DNA of 64,000 nt from Chloroflexota bacterium (lineage in GTDB: Bacteria; Chloroflexota; Anaerolineae; Anaerolineales; UBA4823): assembly GCA_040752025.1 (NCBI GenBank), contig JBFMFR010000002.1:34232-98231 (forward strand). Reading direction: 5' to 3'. Shown one piece after another: positions 27,728 through 35,911 of this stretch (its first letter is position 1; every line of letters starts with the position of its first letter). The notes under the pieces are model-generated. The model made no database searches. It saw only the letters and a program-made list of their open reading frames with translations, and was not told where the DNA came from. Both the position numbers and the translations under genes were made by a program.

Positions 27728-28777
27728 ATGAAAAATAAGAAACTGTTTTCCTTACTGCTTCTATTTATGCTGGTTCTCAACGTTGCTTGCTCATCAGGAG
27801 GCCAGCCGACCACCCAACCCACCCAGGCGGATGCCCAACCGGCCACCCCGCAACCGACGGATGTTGCCTTGCAGCCGCCCAAATCTGAATCGCGCTGCGG
27901 CGATAACATCTGTGACGGCTCAGAAAATGCAGAAAACTGCCCGGCGGATTGTGCTGGACAGGCGCCCACACAGGCTCCGCCTCCCGGTGTGCCCTCCCTG
28001 CGGGCCGGCGGCGTGGATCTGAACACCTACCGCGTCACCAACCCGACCAACGGTAATGACCTCTTCGTGCGCGTGCTGCACCCGGCCAACTGGAACGGCG
28101 ATGTCATGCCGACCCTGGTGCTGGTCCCCGGCGGCGTGGGCACGATCGAGCCCGACCGAGCTCAGGCGCTTGCCGACCAGGGCTTTGTAGTGGTTACTTT
28201 CGACCCCGACGGGCGCGGGCACAGCAAAGGCCAGGAGGATTTCGGCGGCACGCAGCAGCAAGATGGATTGATGGCTGTGATCCGCGCCATCACCGGCCTG
28301 GGTGAAGTCGATAAAGGTCGCATCGGCGTGGTTTCGTTCTCTTATGGCATCACCATCGCCAGCGGGGCGCTAGCGCGCTACCCAGACCTGCCGGTCAAGT
28401 TCCTGATCGACTGGGAAGGCCCGGCTGATCGCTATGACACGACTATGGATTGCGGGCCCATGCCGCGCGTCCAGTGGCCTTCTTGCTCAGACGATGCCGC
28501 CTGGTCGCAGCGCGAGGCGATAACCTTCATCAGCCAGATACGCATCCCTTACCAGCGACTGCAATCTGAAAAAGATCACATGCAGCCCGATAACTTGCAC
28601 GCCGTTAACATAATCAACGCCGCCGTCCAGGGCGGCGTGCCCTGGGTGCGCCTGAACGATTACCCGCCCAACCAGACCTACGATGCCGCCAACCCGCCGG
28701 CCATGCTCGCAGAAACTGAAGAAAAGAACCTGGAAGCCCTGATCGCCCGCTTCGCGCAAGAGCTTTTCGCCATGTAA
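27728..28777 (+). CDS. Secreted alpha/beta-hydrolase-fold lipoprotein
   Basis: Lipobox LNVAC, small Cys-rich module CGDNICDGSENAENCPADC, and a prolyl-oligopeptidase/dienelactone-hydrolase-like core (VSFSYG nucleophile elbow). Confidence 0.6.
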   Translation: MKNKKLFSLLLLFMLVLNVACSSGGQPTTQPTQADAQPATPQPTDVALQPPKSESRCGDNICDGSENAENCPADCAGQAPTQAPPPGVPSLRAGGVDLNTYRVTNPTNGNDLFVRVLHPANWNGDVMPTLVLVPGGVGTIEPDRAQALADQGFVVVTFDPDGRGHSKGQEDFGGTQQQDGLMAVIRAITGLGEVDKGRIGVVSFSYGITIASGALARYPDLPVKFLIDWEGPADRYDTTMDCGPMPRVQWPSCSDDAAWSQREAITFISQIRIPYQRLQSEKDHMQPDNLHAVNIINAAVQGGVPWVRLNDYPPNQTYDAANPPAMLAETEEKNLEALIARFAQELFAM

Positions 28778-28797
28778 GGCGTCCAAATACGATAAAA

Positions 28798-28825
28798 ATG
28801 CGGGCCGATCGGCCCGCATTTTTTA
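28798..28825. terminator. Bidirectional intrinsic terminator
   Basis: Perfect palindrome ATGCGGGCCGATCGGCCCGCAT flanked by AAAAA upstream and TTTTTT downstream. It lies between convergent genes. Confidence 0.8.
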
Positions 28826-28838
28826 TCCATTTATAAGA

Positions 28839-29531
28839 TTAGCGACACAAGCGCGCCAGCGCTTTGCGGTCGTGAACGGTAATGCGGCTTTTTTCATCTA
28901 CAGAAATATAGCCCTGCTGCTTGAAAGTTACCATCACCTGGTTGACCCGCTTGCGTGAGGCTCCCACCAGGTCGGCGATATCACTCTGCGTCAAACGAAT
29001 AGGGATGAGCAAATCGCCGTTATCGCCCGACCTGCCGTAGCGCTCGGCAAAGGCCAGCATCTGGCGAGCCACACGCCCGTGCACGTCCAGCGTCGCCAGG
29101 GCCTGGATCAATTCGTTCGCCAGGCGCACGCGCGTGGAAAGGATGCGCACCAGGTTTTGGGAAACCGGCAGGAAATTGCGCAGGCATTCCTGAAAAGTGC
29201 TGCCTGCCATCCAGATAAGCTGGCTCTCTTCGAGCGTGATCACGCTGGCCGAGCGGCCCGAGCTATCGATCAGGCTCATTTCGCCAACCACATCACCCGG
29301 CCCGAGGATCGCCAGGATCACATCGGTGCCATCCGCCTGCTCAACGTGGATTTTGACAGTTCCGCTGCGGATGATGTAGATGACTTCGCCCGGCTGCTCG
29401 GCAGTGATGATGCTGGCGCCGCCTGGATACGTACGGCAATACAGGCGTTCGCTGATCCAGTTCAACTGATCTGGCTCCAGGCCGTGGAACAGATCTATCT
29501 CATTCACCAGGCTGGGGTCTACCCCAGACAT
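28839..29531 (-). CDS. Crp/Fnr-family transcriptional regulator (cNMP-binding plus HTH)
   Basis: cNMP-binding fold (GDVVGEMSLID) and C-terminal HTH (LTQSDIADLVGASRKRVNQVM). I moved the start to ATG 29531 (MSGVDPS) with GGGAGAGG upstream. Confidence 0.85.
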   Translation of the reverse strand: MSGVDPSLVNEIDLFHGLEPDQLNWISERLYCRTYPGGASIITAEQPGEVIYIIRSGTVKIHVEQADGTDVILAILGPGDVVGEMSLIDSSGRSASVITLEESQLIWMAGSTFQECLRNFLPVSQNLVRILSTRVRLANELIQALATLDVHGRVARQMLAFAERYGRSGDNGDLLIPIRLTQSDIADLVGASRKRVNQVMVTFKQQGYISVDEKSRITVHDRKALARLCR

Positions 29532-29595
29532 TGCGCACCTCTCCCTGACCTGACCGATTAGCGTTCGACATCGAGCTGTCCCAGAAACAGCCTGA

Positions 29596-30603
29596 TTATA
29601 ACGCATCCCGGTTAGCGGCGGCCTGTTCATAAGCAACTCCTCTCTCGCTGTAACCAGCAGAAATGGGGGTTTCCAGGCGGATTTGCATGCCCTCGCTGGC
29701 AGCAAAAGCGGCTTTGAAGCGCCGCCGGGCGCTGGCTTCGATCTGGGCAACGCACTGGTCTGAATAGCCCGGGTCGTAATGGAAAAGCGCCAGCCGCCTG
29801 ACCCGGGCGGCCCGGGCCACATCGCAGGCCATGGAGGCGGTGGAATGTCCCCAACCCTGTGTGGAGCGCACTCCTGGCGACAGGCCCAGGTAATGCTCCT
29901 GCGTGTATTGGGCGTCGTGGATCAGCAGATCAGCCTGTTGGGCAAAATCGACCAGGCGACGATCGGTATTGGCATAGCCTTCCGTGTCGGTGGCATATAC
30001 GACCGCCTGGTCCTGCCATTCGATACGGTAGACCAGCACACCCCCCGGGTGGGCATAAGAGCGCAGCACCCGCACGATCACCACTTCGTCCGTGCGCGGC
30101 GGCGCGTGGTTGGCCGGCAGCACCCGGGGCCCATCTGGCTCACCCAGGATCAAGATCTGGTGCTCGTTCAGGCTGTGAATCTCCCTGGCTGCGCTCATAT
30201 CCTGCAAAGTCACCGGGAAAACCGGTGGAACCATATTATGCGCCAGGACCTGCTCGAGATCGCTTTCGAAGGTGTGTGGGCCGAAGATGTGCATGTGGGT
30301 GGAGAGGATGAAAGCCGGCGTAAAAAACGGGAACCCCTGGGTATGATCGTGGTGCATGTGGCTGAACAGTAATGTCACCGAGACCGGCTGTTCAGATTGA
30401 TGCGATCGCTGCATCAGCTCCTGCCCCAGGGGGATAATGCCTGTGCCGGCGTCGAGAATAAGTGTCTGCCCGGCCACACAAACTTCGACACAAGGCGTAT
30501 TGCCGCCAAAGCGCACCGTTTTCTCCCCTGGTGTGGGATAACTGCCGCGCACCCCCCAAAACTTGATACGAAAAGCTTCCGGTTTAGTTTGAATCCCTTT
30601 CAT
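29596..30603 (-). CDS. MBL-fold metallohydrolase (class-II-phosphodiesterase-like HxHxDH)
   Basis: LFSHMHHDHTQG motif. ATG 30603 has GGAGGTG 6 nt upstream; the tracked GTG at 30612 is less likely. Confidence 0.7.
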   Translation of the reverse strand: MKGIQTKPEAFRIKFWGVRGSYPTPGEKTVRFGGNTPCVEVCVAGQTLILDAGTGIIPLGQELMQRSHQSEQPVSVTLLFSHMHHDHTQGFPFFTPAFILSTHMHIFGPHTFESDLEQVLAHNMVPPVFPVTLQDMSAAREIHSLNEHQILILGEPDGPRVLPANHAPPRTDEVVIVRVLRSYAHPGGVLVYRIEWQDQAVVYATDTEGYANTDRRLVDFAQQADLLIHDAQYTQEHYLGLSPGVRSTQGWGHSTASMACDVARAARVRRLALFHYDPGYSDQCVAQIEASARRRFKAAFAASEGMQIRLETPISAGYSERGVAYEQAAANRDAL

Positions 30604-30724
30604 ATCGCTCACCTCCTTTCCTCTTGGTTTCTATTTTCATTATGACGTTTTTGCATTCCTGACGAAAGGAAATATTTCTCACCATCTTTTGGAAATCGTT
30701 CCCTTTTGTGTTTCCTCCCTGTTT

Positions 30725-31080
30725 ATATCCACACTTTAAGAATCTATATATTTATCGTAGTCGTAGTAGAGCCTGTGGATATGTGGATGGTTCTCCTTGA
30801 GCGTGATTTGAGCCTCATATGCAGGCTTCCAGAGAGTCGTACCCCGTAGATATAGGGGCACGACTCTCTGGAATTGTCCACAGGGACTCTGGAGGTAAAA
30901 AGAGCGAGAATCGGCCGGATTCCACTGCTTTCGTCTATCCCACAGGCGAAAGGGGTATTTGGGTGAATTGCCAGGATACCCCCCAGATATGGGGGTAGCG
31001 AATCGGGCAAAAACAGAACAGGATTTCGAGTTTTCCCCAATCCGAGGGGTTTATCCACAGTTTTTCGCGACTTATCCACA
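30725..31080. promoter_or_regulatory. DnaA-box cluster (candidate oriC core or DnaA-regulated/titration site)
   Basis: Perfect TTATCCACA at 31051-31059 and 31072-31080. One-mismatch boxes at 30725-30733 (+), 30774-30782 (-) and 30874-30882 (+). Weaker boxes at 30782-30790 and 31192-31200. Confidence 0.6.
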
Positions 31081-31200
31081 GTTTTTGGGGAAAACACATT
31101 TCTCCTGTGTCCGGACGAACCCCACATGTGGGGGTTGATTTAATGCTATTTTTATGCCCTTTTACGCCTTGACAATAATGGCTGGTTTGGATTATCCTCT

Positions 31201-31220
31201 AATTAGATAAATATCTAATT
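31201..31220. promoter_or_regulatory. 9-2-9 inverted repeat, candidate ArsR-type operator
   Basis: AATTAGATA-AA-TATCTAATT lies immediately upstream of the ArsR-family gene and downstream of a TTGACA at 31169-31174. Confidence 0.45.
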
Positions 31221-31257
31221 ACTGCCCAAGTGCTCTCTATTGAGGAGAAGATCGTTG

Positions 31258-32391
31258 ATGACAGACAGCTTATCATCGGAGAAAACTGTAAGCCTGGAAA
31301 CGCCAGGCGGCGCGGCTGCTCGCTCGCCGCGGCTGCACTGGGAGGCCGGCAGCGCCTACGACCTGTTCATCAGCCAGGTGGTCTTGCATGCCCCCGAGCG
31401 CTTCGGCCTGCGGGCTTCCTGGGCAGCCGGGGTGCGCTCGCGCTTACCCGCCGAAGCGCGCCAGGCCCTGGAAACGGCTCGCCTGCTGTTCGGCGCCCCG
31501 CTACACTGGATTCATGCATTGCCGCAGCCCAGGGATGCCGCCAGCGCTTTGTGGGTGCTGCACCAGATGTTGCCCGAGGAACGCCTGCCGCGCCTGGCGC
31601 TTTACCCGGAGATGAATCCGGAATTGCAGGAGATGCTGCAAAACGTGGCCGCTCGCCGCTCCTGGATGGAGCGGGACCTGGAGGTGCTGCACGAAGCCCG
31701 CTGCCAGGAGCGCCGTGAAGCGCTGCGCCCCAAGCCTGCGGCGAGCATCCTGGATGCCTGGGCCCAGGCCGGAGCGTTTGGGGAAGCCTACCTGGCGGCG
31801 CTGCGAACTTATCAGCAGGTATTTTTCGCCGAAGAAGAGCAGCGCATCCGCCTGGCTTTGCAGGCTGCCCTGGAGCAGGCCCAACTGCTGGCCCAGGAGT
31901 TGGAACTGCCGGAAGTGCTCGAGCGCTTGTCGCGCGGCGTGCAGATCCCCGACCTGTTCGAGAAAGAAGACTTGACTCTGGTGCCATCTTACTGGGGCGC
32001 TCCGTTGATTTTCCTGGGCCGGCTGAGCGCCAGCCACACCCTCCTGGCCTTCGGAGCGCGCCCGGCGAACGTCTCCCTGGTTCCGGGGGAGTGGGTGCCG
32101 GAGGCCCTGGTGCAGGCCTTGAAGGCCCTGGCCGACCCGACCCGGCTGCGCATCCTGCGTTACCTGGCAGGTGAGCCGCTTTCTCCCACCGAGCTGTCGC
32201 GCCGTTTGCGCCTGCGCGCGCCCACTGTCACGCACCACCTCAGCGCCCTGCGCCTGGCCGGGCTGGTACACCTGACCCTGGGCCCCCGGGGTGAGCGTGA
32301 TTATTCGGCGCGCCTGGAGGCGGTCTACGCCCTGCGCCAGCAACTGCAAGAATTCCTGGAGGACGAGGGTCAAGAGGGGGACAAGCTGTGA
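31258..32391 (+). CDS. ArsR/SmtB-family regulator with long N-terminal domain of unknown function
   Basis: C-terminal LKALADPTRLRILRYLAGEPLSPTELSRRLRLRAPTVTHHLSALRLAGLV. ATG 31258 has GAGGAG about 10 nt upstream; the tracked TTG at 31240 is possible. Confidence 0.8.
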   Translation: MTDSLSSEKTVSLETPGGAAARSPRLHWEAGSAYDLFISQVVLHAPERFGLRASWAAGVRSRLPAEARQALETARLLFGAPLHWIHALPQPRDAASALWVLHQMLPEERLPRLALYPEMNPELQEMLQNVAARRSWMERDLEVLHEARCQERREALRPKPAASILDAWAQAGAFGEAYLAALRTYQQVFFAEEEQRIRLALQAALEQAQLLAQELELPEVLERLSRGVQIPDLFEKEDLTLVPSYWGAPLIFLGRLSASHTLLAFGARPANVSLVPGEWVPEALVQALKALADPTRLRILRYLAGEPLSPTELSRRLRLRAPTVTHHLSALRLAGLVHLTLGPRGERDYSARLEAVYALRQQLQEFLEDEGQEGDKL

Positions 32392-33674
32392 TCAACCTGA
32401 GAGTTTTACCCCGCCGCGCCGGGAGCATCGCCAAAGAATATGGGCAGCGCGTCGGCGCTTTCCGGCCCAACGCCCGCCTGTACCTGTTGAACGTGGTCCT
32501 GGTGGGGGCCGCCATGGGAGTCTTCCGCCTGCTGTTCAACTTCTACGTGCTCAGCCTGGGCTACGATGAGGCCTTGCTGGGCCGCCTGGTGACCACCAAC
32601 AGCCTGGCGGCGCTGCTGGCGGCTTTGCCGGTTGGCTTCCTGGCCGACCGCCTGGGGCGCAAGCGCTCCCTGCTGCTCTCTGGCGGCCTGACCAGCCTGG
32701 CGCTGGCAGGCATGGTGCTGTGGCCCGGCATCCAGGTGTTTTACGTCACCAACGTGCTGTTCGGCCTGGCGCAGAGCCTGTCTGGCGTGACCATGGGCCC
32801 CTTCCTGATGGAAAACAGCGGCGAGCAGGAGCGCACTTACCTGTTCAGCTTCAGCTCTGGCCTGCAGATGGCTTCGGCCTCGGTGGGCAACTGGATCGGC
32901 GGCTACCTGCCCACCTGGGTGGGCGCCTGGCGCGGCGTGGCTGCCACCGACAGCCTGGCCTACGGCGGGGCGGTGATGGTGGTGGCGCTGGGGATGGCGC
33001 TGGCCCTGCTGCCGCTGGCCTTCCTGCGCACGCCGCGCCTGGAGCAGTCCGAGCGCTCGGTCTTTGCCCCCTTGCAGTACGCCGCCGCCCATCCGGCCAC
33101 CCTGGGCAAGCTGGTCCTGCCCATGTTGATCACTTCGATCGGGGCTGGCCTGATCATGCCCTTCATGAACGTCTTCTTCCGCCAGGTGTACCACCAGCCC
33201 GACCCGGTGATCGGGGCCCTGTTCGCCTGGGGCTCGCTGGCCATGGGCGTGGGCTTGCTGGTAGCGCCGCCCCTGGCCGAGCGCATGGGCAAGATCCAGT
33301 GCGTGGTGGTCACCCAGGCGCTCTCCATCCCCTTCTTGATCCTGCTGGGCTTCGCACCCTGGTTCTGGGTGAGCGCTGCCGCATATTACGTGCGCGTGGC
33401 CTTGATGAACATGAGCGGCCCGGTGTACCAGACCTTCGTCATGGAGCACGTCGAAGACTCGGCCCGGGCCACGGTCGCCAGCCTGGTGAGCATGTCGTGG
33501 AACTTCGGCTGGGCCTTCAGCCCGATGATCAGCGGCTGGATGCAGGTGCGCTACGGCTTCGGCATGCCCTTCCTGGGCACGATCCTGCTGTACTCGCTTT
33601 CGATTTACCTGTATTGGGCCTTTTTCTGGAAAGGGCGTGTGCAGCCCATGGCTGCGCCGCTGCCCGGAGATTAG
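32388..33674 (+). CDS. MFS transporter
   Basis: About 12 hydrophobic helices and the MFS loop motif GFLADRLGRKRS. GTGA overlap with the ArsR stop. Confidence 0.85.
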   Translation: MINLRVLPRRAGSIAKEYGQRVGAFRPNARLYLLNVVLVGAAMGVFRLLFNFYVLSLGYDEALLGRLVTTNSLAALLAALPVGFLADRLGRKRSLLLSGGLTSLALAGMVLWPGIQVFYVTNVLFGLAQSLSGVTMGPFLMENSGEQERTYLFSFSSGLQMASASVGNWIGGYLPTWVGAWRGVAATDSLAYGGAVMVVALGMALALLPLAFLRTPRLEQSERSVFAPLQYAAAHPATLGKLVLPMLITSIGAGLIMPFMNVFFRQVYHQPDPVIGALFAWGSLAMGVGLLVAPPLAERMGKIQCVVVTQALSIPFLILLGFAPWFWVSAAAYYVRVALMNMSGPVYQTFVMEHVEDSARATVASLVSMSWNFGWAFSPMISGWMQVRYGFGMPFLGTILLYSLSIYLYWAFFWKGRVQPMAAPLPGD

Positions 33675-33751
33675 CGTGTAACCTTTCCGCCTCGATTGCA
33701 TCCAAGGAACTGTAAGAATTAACAAAACAGCTTATTTGGAGGTAATTCGAG

Positions 33752-34150
33752 ATGGAAATGGTAATCGATTTTCCCGGCGGGGCGCGCGTGGATGCGCATT
33801 TTGGCCAGTTTACGGTGCACACCGACCAGCCGCCCGTGGCGTCTGCGCCAACGCCGTTTGCGACTTTCTTAGCTTCGATTGGCACCTGCGCCGGCATCTA
33901 CGTGCTGGGCTTCTGCCAGCAGCGCGGCCTGCCCACGGAGGGCATCCGCATCGTGCAGCGCCAGCGCGCCAACCCCTTCACCGGCATGATCGGCCAGATC
34001 GACCTGGAGATCCAGGTGCCGCCGACTTTCCCGGAGAAATATCGCCAGGCGCTGGTGCGCTCTGCCGAGCAGTGCGCCGTGAAGAAGCACTTCGAGCAGC
34101 CGCCGCAGTTCGAGGTCTTCACCCAGGTGGTCGAGCCAGCGATGGCTTGA
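33752..34150 (+). CDS. OsmC-family protein
   Basis: 132 aa with OsmC-like pattern (LASIGTCAGIYV .. AEQCAVKKH). Confidence 0.65.
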   Translation: MEMVIDFPGGARVDAHFGQFTVHTDQPPVASAPTPFATFLASIGTCAGIYVLGFCQQRGLPTEGIRIVQRQRANPFTGMIGQIDLEIQVPPTFPEKYRQALVRSAEQCAVKKHFEQPPQFEVFTQVVEPAMA

Positions 34151-34171
34151 GATTAGTTTGCCTGAAAAATC

Positions 34172-34212
34172 AGACTCCCGGAGTTTTGGAAACTCCAGGA
34201 GTCTTTTATTTT
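34172..34212. terminator. Bidirectional intrinsic terminator (OsmC-like gene / glgC)
   Basis: 15-bp stem AGACTCCCGGAGTTT/AAACTCCAGGAGTCT (one mismatch), loop TGG. Flanked by AAAAAT upstream and TTTATTTT downstream. Confidence 0.7.
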
Positions 34213-35470
34213 ACTCCGGCCCGATGTGCGTGCCCGGGTACAGGATCGTGCTCTTAGGGACGACCACGATGCCATCCTGCACCACCCAGTTGGTCTCGTC
34301 GATCTCGGCGCCGCGTGGGAAGGGCTTGATCACCACGCCTTCACCCAGGCGCACGTTCTTGTCCAGGATGGCGCCTTCGATGTGGCAGTTGGGGCCAACG
34401 CCCAGCGGAATGCCGCCTGGCGGGGGCAGGTCGGGATCATCGTAATAGTCTGCACCCATCATGATCGAGTTCTTCATTACCACGCCCTGCTCGATGTGAC
34501 TGCGCAGGCCGACCACGCAGTCGGTCAGTTTGGCTTTGTGCACCTGGCTGCCTTCGGCCAGCAGCACGTTGTGCAGCGTGGCCCCATCCACTACGCTGCC
34601 GGGCAGGAAGCGCGGGTGGGTGTAGATCGGGCGCACCGGGTCGTAAAAGTTGAAGGGCGATTCGGGGCGCGCCAGCAGCAGGTTGGTCTCGTAGAAGGAA
34701 CGGATTGTCCCGATGTCCTCCCAGTAGCCGCCGAACTCGTAGCCATAGATGGCGTGGGTCGCCAGGGCAGTGGGGATGATCTGCCGTCCGAAGTCTTCGT
34801 ACGCTGTGTCCTCCAGCATGTCGATCAGCACCTGCGTGTTGAAGACGTAGATGCCCATCGAGCCCAGGTAGGGCATTTCGGCATCGTCGCGGCTGACGAA
34901 CTGCGCCAGCACTTCGGGGTCGCGCGGCTTTTCGACGAAGGCCGAGACGCGCAAATCGGCGTCGCGCTTGAGCAGGCCCAACCGGGGAGCCGCCTCCGCC
35001 GCCACCGGCTGCATCGCCACGGTGATGTCGGCCTGGCGCTCCCAGTGGAAGCGCACCAGTTCAGCGTAATCCATGCGGTAAAGGTGGTCGCCAGCCAGGA
35101 TCAGCACGTACTCGGCCTTGGTGACCTTGATCTCGAACAACTGCTTGCGCACCGCGTCGGCGGTGCCCATGTACCAGTCCGAGCTGCGCGGCGTCTGCTC
35201 GGCCGCCAGGATCTGCACCCAGCCCTGGTGGAAGGCGTCGAAGTTGTAGGTCTGGGTGATGTGGCGGTGCAGCGAGACCGAGTTGTACTGGGTCAGGATG
35301 GCGATGCGCTGGATGTCGGAGTTGATGCAGTTGCTGATCGGCACGTCGATCAGGCGATATTTGCCGGCGATGGGCACGGCCGGCTTGGAGCGCTGCTTGG
35401 TGAGCGGGTACAGGCGCTTGCCCACCCCGCCGCCCATGATCACAGCCAGGACGCTTTCGAGAGATGGCAT
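34211..35470 (-). CDS. glgC: Glucose-1-phosphate adenylyltransferase
   Basis: N-terminal GGGVGKRLYPLT, the KPAVPIAGKYRLID motif and C-terminal left-handed beta-helix repeats. GGAGG lies upstream. Confidence 0.9.
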   Translation of the reverse strand: MPSLESVLAVIMGGGVGKRLYPLTKQRSKPAVPIAGKYRLIDVPISNCINSDIQRIAILTQYNSVSLHRHITQTYNFDAFHQGWVQILAAEQTPRSSDWYMGTADAVRKQLFEIKVTKAEYVLILAGDHLYRMDYAELVRFHWERQADITVAMQPVAAEAAPRLGLLKRDADLRVSAFVEKPRDPEVLAQFVSRDDAEMPYLGSMGIYVFNTQVLIDMLEDTAYEDFGRQIIPTALATHAIYGYEFGGYWEDIGTIRSFYETNLLLARPESPFNFYDPVRPIYTHPRFLPGSVVDGATLHNVLLAEGSQVHKAKLTDCVVGLRSHIEQGVVMKNSIMMGADYYDDPDLPPPGGIPLGVGPNCHIEGAILDKNVRLGEGVVIKPFPRGAEIDETNWVVQDGIVVVPKSTILYPGTHIGPE

Positions 35471-35613
35471 GGAAGACCTCCTTCAAAATGAATGCGGAAT
35501 TGCTCTTATTATACTTGGGAGTCGTTGGGCAGGGTGAGAGGAAGATGCAGTTGGTCACGGATTTGCGCGGATTTGCACGGATGTGGCTTTTGGCTTGTAT
35601 GCGGCCGGGAAAA

Positions 35614-35651
35614 CAGCCACGAATTTCACGAATTTTTCGAATTGGGCTTTG
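35614..35651 (+). repeat. Dispersed 38-bp repeat (copy 1), CAGCCrCGAATTTCACGAATTTTTCGAATTGGGCTTTG
   Basis: 37/38 identical to 37928-37965. Confidence 0.9.
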
Positions 35652-35727
35652 TGGGCGCCCCAGGGTGCGATGCACGTGTTCTTCGTGCGTTGCACCTGGA
35701 AATGTTATAATCAACGTAGCAGCACAC

Positions 35728-35859
35728 GTGCACCCCGAACTGGGCACGATCTGCTGGCCCAATGGGGCTGACCTGGATGCAGATGTGCTCTATGCTATCG
35801 TCGCTGGAGAACCGGCGCCGTCCTTCGATGAGAACCTGGCCCGTTACGCCGCCGATTAG
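35728..35859 (+). pseudogene. C-terminal relic of a DUF2442-like small protein
   Basis: The peptide HPELGTICWPNGADLDADVLYAIV... matches the conserved C-terminal pattern of DUF2442 proteins. The N-terminal half is replaced by repeat DNA. Confidence 0.35.
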
Positions 35860-35911
35860 CCGGGCAAGATAGCTGATACGCCATCCATGACCCGGGCGGG
35901 AGGGAATCCTC

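Noticed and set aside
30744-31127. 127-aa minus-strand ORF spanning the gene-free gap
   Set aside because: Its repeated KTVDK peptides are simply translated DnaA boxes. It has no RBS and no recognisable family, and it crosses several hairpins. I treat it as noncoding.
32406-33725. 439-aa minus-strand ORF and 331-aa alternative-frame ORF over the MFS gene
   Set aside because: The MFS frame gives 12 coherent hydrophobic helices and the MFS loop motif. The alternatives are R/G/A/H-rich with no features.
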